Of a DNA stretch of 64,000 bases, positions 38,271 through 45,933 are shown piece by piece (the first letter of the stretch is position 1; each line of letters starts with the position of its first letter). Source of the DNA: an uncultured Pseudomonadota bacterium (GTDB lineage Bacteria > Babelota > Babeliae > Babelales > UBA12411). Location: the NCBI GenBank assembly GCA_964491895.1, contig CAZBHK010000002.1:79660-143659 (forward strand). The letters are read 5' to 3'. The notes under the pieces were generated by a model. The model did not search any database and was not told the DNA's origin. It worked only from the letters and a program-made list of their open reading frames with translations. The position numbers and the translations under genes were made by a program.

Positions 38271-38356
38271 GAACGTATTTCCTTGAACAATTGATATATA
38301 AAAAACAATTCAGTATGCTAACTATACCCTTATAAAAAAAAGAGGCATGAGGCATT

Positions 38357-38977
38357 ATGAAATTACAAATTTCATTTGAACTTACTAATTTATCAGACGC
38401 ATTAGATTTAGCAAAAAAAACACATCAATATGCGGATATAATAGAAGTAGGAACTTTGTTAATATACAAAGAAGGCGTTAAAGCAGTTGAAGCATTCAGA
38501 AAAGAATTTCCTGATAAAGAAATTCTTGCTGATATAAAGATTTGTGACAGACCAAAAGATGCAGTAAAAATGTTTGTTGAAGCTGGTGCAAATATAATAA
38601 CCGTACTAGCAGGAACAAGCACTGAAAATATACATAATGCTGTACAAACAGCTCACTCTCTTAATGCAAAAATCGCATTAGATTTAATGGATTCTTACTC
38701 TGCAGGACAATCTGCCATAGATGCAGAAAATCTTGGTGTCGATCTTTTAATATTTATCCGCACAAAAGATCCAGATGCTTCAATGATCGAAGATTGGAGT
38801 CAACTAAAAGCAAATACTAAACTTCCTATATTTATTGCAGGACATATAAATAAAAATAACATCAAAAGTGTTATAGACTTAAATCCAAGTGGAATAGCTA
38901 TAGGAAAGGCCATTATATCATCTAGCGATCCAGTTAAAGAAATAGATATTTTAAAGAACAGTATCAAAAATAAATAA
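38357..38977 (+). CDS. 3-hexulose-6-phosphate synthase-like (OMP-decarboxylase-fold KGPDC/HPS family)
   Basis: MKLQISFELTNLSDALDLAKKT..YADIIEVGTLLIYKEGVKAVEAFRKEFPDKEILADIKICD ... AGANIITVLAG closely follows the HPS/KGPDC pattern. Confidence 0.7.
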   Translation: MKLQISFELTNLSDALDLAKKTHQYADIIEVGTLLIYKEGVKAVEAFRKEFPDKEILADIKICDRPKDAVKMFVEAGANIITVLAGTSTENIHNAVQTAHSLNAKIALDLMDSYSAGQSAIDAENLGVDLLIFIRTKDPDASMIEDWSQLKANTKLPIFIAGHINKNNIKSVIDLNPSGIAIGKAIISSSDPVKEIDILKNSIKNK

Positions 38978-39284
38978 CTTAAAGTTATTTAGCTATTGTT
39001 ATAATGCTATCTTTTAAACTATCAAACTCAAGATCATAAATTATCAAATTTAGGAAATGGAGCGAAATCCACGATTTTTTAAATCCGTGATGTAAGCGAC
39101 TATATATTATAAGTTAAACAAAGTTGATCTTGTAATATATATTAATAATTTTTATACTATTTGCATAAGATAAAAATGCTTTATGTTCATGAAATAAGTT
39201 TTGCATTGATAAACGAAAACCAAGTGATCTATGCAAATGTGTTATTCATAACAGAAACATAAATGTTTAAAAATTGGACAGAAT

Positions 39285-39431
39285 ATGTCCCTAGGGAAGG
39301 GCAGACCCGAAGTTAAGCCTGTGGAAAGATCAACCAAGGTTTTTTCTAACAAGAAGAAGCAAGTTGGCTCTATGAAGCAGGAACCGGTTTCTAATGTAAA
39401 TATTAGGATGCGCAGTAATTCATTACAGTGA
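39285..39431 (+). CDS. Candidate 48-aa basic mini-ORF, or alternatively a structured leader/ncRNA, upstream of sod
   Basis: Hand translation: MSLGKGRPEVKPVERSTKVFSNKKKQVGSMKQEPVSNVNIRMRSNSLQ. The segment is much richer in G+C than the flanking intergenic DNA. The SD is weak. It ends 29 nt before the sod ATG. Confidence 0.3.
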   Translation: MSLGKGRPEVKPVERSTKVFSNKKKQVGSMKQEPVSNVNIRMRSNSLQ

Positions 39432-39460
39432 GGATGTCACAATAATAAAAAGAGAAAATC

Positions 39461-40066
39461 ATGATATATTATGAAGTTCAAGAACAACTTATACCTAAAG
39501 ATTTATTAGATATTTCTAATACACAAATCCAAGACCATTGGAACTTATATAAAGGCTACGTAACACAAGTAAATAATTTAAATGAAGAACTTAAAAAACT
39601 TGATTTAACATCTTTGCTATATGCAGATAGACGTAGACGACTTGGCTTCGAATATAACGGCATGATTCTTCATGAATATTATTTTGGTAATCTTAAGGCC
39701 GGTGAAAATGAACCACAAAATAGTGCTTTTTATAAAGCCGTTCAAAAATCATTCGGCTCATATGAAACATGGAAAACAAATTTTGAACAAGCAGGCAAAA
39801 CAAGAGGTATTGGTTGGGCTATTGTATACTGTGATCCAATGACAGGACAACTTACCAATAACTTTATTCAAGAACATGAAAATGGCAATATTACAGGCTT
39901 CCAGCCTATTCTTGTCATGGATGTATGGGAACATGCATACATGATTGACCATAACGCTAGTGGCAGAGGTAAATACATTGCTGCGTTCATGAAAAATATT
40001 AACTGGGATAAAGTAGAAGAACGTTTTTCAGATACAACCTCCAGTAAAATACATAAACGCTGGTGA
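39461..40066 (+). CDS. sod: Fe/Mn-family superoxide dismutase (divergent N-terminal helix motif)
   Basis: C-terminal signature DVWEHAYMIDH (Asp and His ligands). A mid His sits in LHEYYFGNL. The N-terminal motif is QDHWNLYKGYV rather than the canonical H-x-x-K-H-H-x-x-Y. Confidence 0.88.
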   Translation: MIYYEVQEQLIPKDLLDISNTQIQDHWNLYKGYVTQVNNLNEELKKLDLTSLLYADRRRRLGFEYNGMILHEYYFGNLKAGENEPQNSAFYKAVQKSFGSYETWKTNFEQAGKTRGIGWAIVYCDPMTGQLTNNFIQEHENGNITGFQPILVMDVWEHAYMIDHNASGRGKYIAAFMKNINWDKVEERFSDTTSSKIHKRW

Positions 40067-40202
40067 CATTTTCGCTGTAATAAATCACCGCACATCCTAA
40101 AATGATCGCTTTCTGATCTCAAAAATCAAAGCTCTTGGAAATGAACATGGTGTAAAGGTAAACTTAACATACAATGGGTTAACTGTAATGAGAAGATAAT
40201 CT

Positions 40203-40724
40203 ATGAAGTTTATGATTCATAAGCATGCCGCACGTAATTTACACTACGATTTTCGATTATCAGTAGGCAATATTTTAAAATCTTGGGCAATACCCAAAGG
40301 CCCGTCTACTAACCCAAGTAATAAACGACTAGCAATCATGGTTGATGACCATGCAATAAAATATGGAAATTTTGAAGGAGTACTTCCTAAAGGTATATAT
40401 GGCGCAGGCACAGTAATGATCTGGGATAATGGCACATATCGTAACCTTCGTAAAAAAAATGGCAAAGTAATCCCTATACAAACCTGTTTACGTGAAGGCT
40501 TAGTAAAAATTTGGCTCAATGGTAAAAAATTAAAAGGCGGTTACGTTCTTGTACATCTAAATAAAGAAAAATGGATGCTAATAAAAATGCGAGACAAAGA
40601 AGCCAACTCTAGAAAAAATATTACTAAATCAGAACCAAAATCAGCAAAAACTGGGCGAACAATGCAAGAAATTAAAAAAGAAGAAAGCGGAAAAACAAAA
40701 AAAATAAAAATCTATGGTAAATAA
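40203..40724 (+). CDS. Stand-alone LigD-type 3'-phosphoesterase domain protein
   Basis: FMIHKHAARNLHYDFRL ... LKSWAIPKGPS ... DDHAIKYGNFEGVLPKGIYGAGTVMIWDNGTY matches the LigD PE module. Confidence 0.9.
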   Translation: MKFMIHKHAARNLHYDFRLSVGNILKSWAIPKGPSTNPSNKRLAIMVDDHAIKYGNFEGVLPKGIYGAGTVMIWDNGTYRNLRKKNGKVIPIQTCLREGLVKIWLNGKKLKGGYVLVHLNKEKWMLIKMRDKEANSRKNITKSEPKSAKTGRTMQEIKKEESGKTKKIKIYGK

Positions 40725-41616
40725 AATGTTAATTGGTGGCCATACAATTAAAATCTCTAACCCAAAAAAAATTCTTTTTCCAAAAAGTAAACTCACTAAA
40801 CAAGAACTTATTAACTACTACGCAAAAATAGCTAAGTATATGCTTCCATATCTTAAGAACCGACCAATCTCAATGCATCGGTTCCCTAATGGTGTAAATA
40901 AAGAAGGCTTTTTTCAAAAACAAGCAGATGATTATTTTCCAGAATGGATTACTTTACAAAAAATAAAAAAGGGAGGCGGTAGCCTTGACCAAGTCGTTTG
41001 TAATAATACAGCTACACTTGCATACCTAGCCAACCTAGCTTGTATTACAATACATACCTGGCTAAGCACAATAAAAAAAATTAATTATCCAGATAAAATG
41101 ATTTTTGATCTAGATCCACCAGATAATAATTTTACATTAGCTAAATTAACAGCAAAAAAATTAAAATCTCTTTTAGAAAATAAATTAAAACTAAAAACTT
41201 TTGTAATGCTAACCGGATCAAAAGGACTACACGTCATTGTCCCTCTTAAACAAAAAGAAAATTTTGAAGAAGTGAGAACATTTGCACGAAATATTGCAGA
41301 ACTATTAGTTAAAAATAATCCAAAACTCACTACTGAACAACGCTTAGAAAAACGTAAAGGTAAATTATTAATAGATATTCTACGTAATGCTTATGCACAA
41401 ACTTCAGTAGCTCCATACTCAATAAGAGAAAATGAATCAGCTTCGATTGCTACACCGATATCATGGATAGAATTAAAAAGCATCAAACATTCCAACATGT
41501 ATACAATAAAAACTATTTTTACAAGATTGAAAAAAGCCAATCCGTGGCAAGATATAAATAAATCTAAAAAATCTCTGATAAGTGCACGAAAAAAATTAAA
41601 TAAACTTTTGAACTAA
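40714..41616 (+). CDS. Stand-alone LigD-type primase-polymerase (AEP) domain protein
   Basis: ISNPKKILFPKSKLTKQELINYYAKIAKYMLPYLKNRPISMHRFPNGV..EGFFQK; catalytic IFDLDP; TGSKGLHVIVPL. The alternative ATG at 40726 would remove the 11-nt overlap. Confidence 0.9.
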   Translation: MVNKMLIGGHTIKISNPKKILFPKSKLTKQELINYYAKIAKYMLPYLKNRPISMHRFPNGVNKEGFFQKQADDYFPEWITLQKIKKGGGSLDQVVCNNTATLAYLANLACITIHTWLSTIKKINYPDKMIFDLDPPDNNFTLAKLTAKKLKSLLENKLKLKTFVMLTGSKGLHVIVPLKQKENFEEVRTFARNIAELLVKNNPKLTTEQRLEKRKGKLLIDILRNAYAQTSVAPYSIRENESASIATPISWIELKSIKHSNMYTIKTIFTRLKKANPWQDINKSKKSLISARKKLNKLLN

Positions 41617-43376
41617 TGCTTACTCTTCTTCTCAAATTGAAATTTAAAAAGTTCTCTTGTTTCAACAACAGTTGTAGCATCTTCTCCAGACTTATCTGGT
41701 CTATATTCCATAATCCTTGGAAAGCGTAAAGCTAATCCAAGTTGTTCTGAAGTCTTACCTGATGTATGTAATGGTGAATGTGTAATCTCGTCAGCACGTA
41801 CAGCACATACAAGTTCAGGAGAAACCCAAATATCTGGAGTCAGCTCTTTAGCACAATCAACATTTTTAGGTTTATTTTTCACTTCAATGGCATCACACAT
41901 TTTTTTAAGATCTTTCCAACCCTCATCAGTTAACCCCGTACCAATCTTGGCAATAGTCTGAAAAAGATCTTCTTTTTTATTATAGACACCAACTAAAAAA
42001 GCACCTATCCCAAAATGCACACGCTTACCACGACCCAAATAATAGCCTAGAATTACACAATCTAAGGTATCTTCTAACTCGCCAGTCTCATGCCTTTTTA
42101 ATTTTATCCAGTTAAAATTTCTCTTTCCAGCCTGATATGGAGCATCTGGCTTTTTAACAACCAAGCCCTCTAAACCTGCTGAAATATTTTCTTCAAAATA
42201 ATCTTCTAACTCTTTTGCATTTTTAATCTTCTTTTCTTCAATAATAAAAATAGTCTCTTTAGCTTCGTTGCTCAAAGAGCTATAAATATCAAGAAGCATT
42301 TTTCTTCTTTCATAATGTTTTAAATTAAACAGTGTTTCACCATTCAAATAAAGAAGATCAAAAAGATGTAACTTTAATGGAAACTCTTCTGCCACTAGTT
42401 CAATATCATGTTTACGTTTTCTTTTAATTGTTTCCTGAAAAGGAAGAAATGAGTCTGTCTCCTGATTGTATGCTACGGCCTCGCCCTCTGCTACAAAAGT
42501 CTTCACCTTGAACGCTTTAACTGCTTTTTTTAGATCAGGAAACATTAATGTCATGTCCTGTAAATTTCTAGAAAAAAAATGTACCTCAGAATGCGATTTC
42601 CTATTATCTAAATGAATCTGCAATCTAAATCCATCAATCTTTGGCTGTGCTACACAATCACCTAATTTCTTAATAATAGCTTCAGGACTAGATGCTCGTT
42701 CTGCTGCTGCTGGTCGCACAGGAATGCCAACCTCTATCTTTATTTTCTCAATGGCCTTTACGCCATCTTCCTTCAAGGTCTTAACAAGATAACCTATGTC
42801 CGCTGAAACATTATAAGCTTCTTCCAAAGAACTACGTAATGACTTGTCACCCATCTTCATCCAAGAAAATGCATCTAATAAAGTCATATCAGAAAATCCT
42901 AAACGTAATTTTCCTAAAATAATTCTAACAATAAACTTACCAGATAAAGAGTCTAAATTCTTCAAAAGATCTATAATTTGATTCTCTTTTTTTTCCTGAG
43001 AACCTGTGCCAAAAGTATCATGTATCTCATGTAATAACCTATTAACTTGAGTTACCGTCAAATGTTCCTTAAGCCTATGTGATGGCCCATTCTGTATTAC
43101 TAATCCCAAGTCTCCCAACTTCTTTGCCTTAATCTTTATCGTAGCAACAGACTCGTCAAAAAGATAACTAATAACAGTGTATAAGGATTTTTCTGCTATG
43201 TTAAATTGGGTTCCAATATATATGGGATTAAGTTCACCTAAAGATAAATATGATATTATAGCTGCTTCATTAGGAGAAGCTTTTTTTAATAATACAGCTA
43301 AAAGTTCTGTTATTTTAGTACGAGAAGAAACAGCATCTATCTCATCAAAAGCTTCCGCTACCTCTAAAAAAAACAT
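41613..43376 (-). CDS. ATP-dependent DNA ligase, long Lig1/archaeal-type with N-terminal DNA-binding domain
   Basis: Adenylation motif I PKIDGFRLQIH, motif III FVAEGEAVA, and motif IV/V EGLVVKK ... WIKLK. The roughly 230-aa N-terminal region (FAEAFDEIDAVSSRTKITELLAVLL...) resembles the DBD of archaeal/eukaryotic ligases. Confidence 0.9.
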   Translation of the reverse strand: MFFLEVAEAFDEIDAVSSRTKITELLAVLLKKASPNEAAIISYLSLGELNPIYIGTQFNIAEKSLYTVISYLFDESVATIKIKAKKLGDLGLVIQNGPSHRLKEHLTVTQVNRLLHEIHDTFGTGSQEKKENQIIDLLKNLDSLSGKFIVRIILGKLRLGFSDMTLLDAFSWMKMGDKSLRSSLEEAYNVSADIGYLVKTLKEDGVKAIEKIKIEVGIPVRPAAAERASSPEAIIKKLGDCVAQPKIDGFRLQIHLDNRKSHSEVHFFSRNLQDMTLMFPDLKKAVKAFKVKTFVAEGEAVAYNQETDSFLPFQETIKRKRKHDIELVAEEFPLKLHLFDLLYLNGETLFNLKHYERRKMLLDIYSSLSNEAKETIFIIEEKKIKNAKELEDYFEENISAGLEGLVVKKPDAPYQAGKRNFNWIKLKRHETGELEDTLDCVILGYYLGRGKRVHFGIGAFLVGVYNKKEDLFQTIAKIGTGLTDEGWKDLKKMCDAIEVKNKPKNVDCAKELTPDIWVSPELVCAVRADEITHSPLHTSGKTSEQLGLALRFPRIMEYRPDKSGEDATTVVETRELFKFQFEKKSKH

Positions 43377-43384
43377 TTATACTC

Positions 43385-43954
43385 CTAATTACTACTATAG
43401 ATTCTTATCAAATTATCTTTATGTCTAAATATGATCCAAATAGTTAAAAACATTAGAAAAATAAGAAATTCATATTCTACGTATGCAAAGCCATACAATA
43501 TAGTAGTAAATAATACAGCACAAATAGATGCAATATCAATACGTCGCACAAACATTAATACAGAAAGCCATGAGCATAAAAAAAATATTGATACAGATAT
43601 TGGAGCTATTGCTATTAGAATTCCAATAGCTGTAGAAACACCCTTCCCACCAGAAAAACTCATGAAAATAGAATAAGCGTTACCGATTAAAAGAACTATA
43701 GACAATAACAAAATATCATTGATACCTAAATACTGAAATATGTTCAAGGCTAAAAATGCCTTAAACATATCTATCAAAAATATTAATAAAAAATATTGCT
43801 TACCCAAAACTCTGGCTATATTGGTTGCTCCTATATTTCCAGAACCATACTTAGTTATATCAAGGTTAAAAAAATATTTAGCAAACCAATATCCTGTTGG
43901 AATACTTCCAACAATATATGCAAAGATTACAGCAATATAATTAATATTTAACAT
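43385..43954 (-). CDS. plsY: Glycerol-3-phosphate acyltransferase PlsY
   Basis: GSIPTGYW ... GSGNIGATN ... GGKGVST. Polytopic. Confidence 0.9.
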   Translation of the reverse strand: MLNINYIAVIFAYIVGSIPTGYWFAKYFFNLDITKYGSGNIGATNIARVLGKQYFLLIFLIDMFKAFLALNIFQYLGINDILLLSIVLLIGNAYSIFMSFSGGKGVSTAIGILIAIAPISVSIFFLCSWLSVLMFVRRIDIASICAVLFTTILYGFAYVEYEFLIFLMFLTIWIIFRHKDNLIRIYSSN

Positions 43955-43958
43955 AATT

Positions 43959-44035
43959 TGGTAGCGACGCAGGGACTCGAACCCCGGACCTACGGATTAT
44001 GATTCCGCCGCTCTAACCACCTGAGCTACGTCGCC
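43959..44035 (-). tRNA. tRNA with anticodon CAU (elongator Met or lysidine-type Ile2), CCA encoded
   Basis: The reverse complement ggcgacgtagctcaggtggttagagcggcggaatCATaatccgtaggtccggggttcgagtccctgcgtcgctacca folds as a cloverleaf. It has G1.U72 and G27.U43 wobble pairs. It lacks the 3 GC anticodon-stem pairs of an initiator tRNA. Confidence 0.85.
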
Positions 44036-45658
44036 CTATAATTTAATAAGCTTTAAATTAGTGTTATCTAAAACAAAGTCAAATAATGCTTTCAAAAAAT
44101 ATATACCAGCCAGCAATGTTGCTACTATACCCAACATCAATGTAACAGCAAAACCTCTAATACCTGGTCCACCGAAGTAGAATAAAACTAAACCAGTTAA
44201 AAAGGTTGTAATGTTAGAATCTATAATAACAGCCATCGCTCCCTTAAAGCCACTATCTACAGCACTTCTAAAGGAAACCCCTTCAGAAAAATCTTCTCTT
44301 ATTTTTTCATAAATCAATATAGAAGCATCTATCGCCATACCTATAGTTAATACTATTCCTGCAATTCCAGGAAGTGTCAATGTTGCACCAAAATATGCCA
44401 AAAATAATAAAATCAATAATAAATTATAAAGCAAAGCTAAAGACGCCATAATGCCACCAACTTTGTAATATAACAAGCTGAATAAGAAGACTAAAATAAG
44501 ACCCACTAAGCAAGCCATAAACCCTTGATTAATAGAATCCTGTCCTAAAGATGGCCCTATTCTTCTTTCTTCTAAATATGTAACAGGAGCCTGAAAAGCA
44601 CCTGCTTTCAATACTATAGCCAAATCTTTTGCTGCCTCGACATTGCTGCTACGACCCAATGTAATTCGTCCTTCTGAACCGATCTCAGCATTAATCTCAG
44701 GTGCACTATACATAACATTATCTATAATAATACCTAACTGACGCTTAAGATTATTCCTAGTAACGTCCTTGAAAATTTTTCCACCAGAACGATCTAAAGT
44801 AAACTTAACATATGGCTGTCCAAACTCTTCATATCCAATTCTAGCATCTGTTATATGATCACCTGTTAAAGCTGGGAATGCTGATACTAAATACCACATA
44901 CCCTCAGTTTCATCATCCTCATACTCAGCAGACTTTTCACCAGGAATAATCCTTTTATCTGATGGAAGATCACCATCAAACTTATCCAAAAGCTCTGCTT
45001 TACTACGGCCTGAATCTTGAACTATCTTAAACTCTAAATGTGCCCGTTTTGTAATCAAGTTTTTAACACGTTCAGGATCATCAACACCAGGAAGTTGAAC
45101 AACAATCTGCCTAGTACCATGTCTTTGAACAACAATACCTTCCACACCAAAACTCTGGACACGATTACTTATAACATAGATAGCTTGTTCTACTGACTCA
45201 TTCCTAATACGATTTTCTTCTGCTGGAAGAAGGCTACCTATAAGATTAATATCTTGAACCGATGTTTTTATACTTATTAAACCTTTTTGTGTACTATCTT
45301 TTATAAAATTATGAGCAATTTTAGCATCTTCTGTAGTTTTATAAGACATTACTATTGATAATTTTTTATTATCTAAATCTTTTTTAACAGGTTGATACTT
45401 AGGCTCTTTTTGTAATAAATGATCTAAATTATGTAATTCTGTAGCTAAACGATTCTCAATAGCCTTTTCAATATTTATGCCCAATATAATATATGTACCA
45501 CCACGCAAATCTATTCCCAACTTTAGACGAGATAATGCAAAACGATTCTGCGTATTAGAAAGAAATAAATTAGGTAATAAATAATATGTACCAGCCAAGG
45601 CTATAATTATCCAAAACATAAATTTGGATAAAAAAATTTTTTTTGCAGAAAAAGTCAT
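44036..45658 (-). CDS. secD: Protein translocase subunit SecD
   Basis: N-terminal TM, a large periplasmic domain (LGIDLRGG ... VVQLPG), and a C-terminal 5-TM bundle with TLPGIAGIVLTIGMAIDASILIYEKIRE. Confidence 0.9.
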   Translation of the reverse strand: MTFSAKKIFLSKFMFWIIIALAGTYYLLPNLFLSNTQNRFALSRLKLGIDLRGGTYIILGINIEKAIENRLATELHNLDHLLQKEPKYQPVKKDLDNKKLSIVMSYKTTEDAKIAHNFIKDSTQKGLISIKTSVQDINLIGSLLPAEENRIRNESVEQAIYVISNRVQSFGVEGIVVQRHGTRQIVVQLPGVDDPERVKNLITKRAHLEFKIVQDSGRSKAELLDKFDGDLPSDKRIIPGEKSAEYEDDETEGMWYLVSAFPALTGDHITDARIGYEEFGQPYVKFTLDRSGGKIFKDVTRNNLKRQLGIIIDNVMYSAPEINAEIGSEGRITLGRSSNVEAAKDLAIVLKAGAFQAPVTYLEERRIGPSLGQDSINQGFMACLVGLILVFLFSLLYYKVGGIMASLALLYNLLLILLFLAYFGATLTLPGIAGIVLTIGMAIDASILIYEKIREDFSEGVSFRSAVDSGFKGAMAVIIDSNITTFLTGLVLFYFGGPGIRGFAVTLMLGIVATLLAGIYFLKALFDFVLDNTNLKLIKL

Positions 45659-45691
45659 CTAAAAGTCTCCATAAAAATAACATTACACTTT

Positions 45692-45778
45692 TGGTGCCGA
45701 GGAGGGGACTCGAACCCCTATGGGCTTGCGCCCGCCGCCCCCTTAAAGCGGTGCGTCTACCAGTTTCGCCACCTCGGC
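45692..45778 (-). tRNA. tRNA-Leu with apparent anticodon AAG, long variable arm, CCA encoded
   Basis: The reverse complement is gccgaggtggcgaaactggtagacgcaccgctttaagggggcggcgggcgcaagcccataggggttcgagtcccctcctcggcacca. Acceptor gccgagg/cctcggc. Anticodon stem ccgct/ggcgg with loop ttAAGgg. This is the same register as the UAG Leu tRNA at 19095. Confidence 0.8.
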
Positions 45779-45933
45779 CTATCCTTCTCACAACACCTAG
45801 CAGAATATGCGAAATTTACCATATACTTATTGTATTGGCAAATAAATATACCCAATTACATTAGAAATTAATATTCAATATAATAAAGACCACATTTGGT
45901 GAATACGATGAATTTTACAATCCTAAGGATACT

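Noticed and set aside
39270-39440. Identification of the GC-rich element as SRP (4.5S) RNA, tmRNA, RNase P RNA or a known riboswitch.
   Set aside because: A GAAGCAGGAACCGG stretch vaguely recalls the SRP domain IV strand. However, the complementary GGUCC...GGAA tetraloop context, the RNase P GAGGAAAGUCC motif and a tmRNA tag-ORF/acceptor stem are all absent. It is kept only as an unclassified candidate.
45570-45864. Track ORFs 45570-45791 (-) and 45643-45864 (+), both Arg/Pro/Gly-rich.
   Set aside because: They are produced by the GC-rich tRNA-Leu gene (45692-45778) and have no coding signal of their own.
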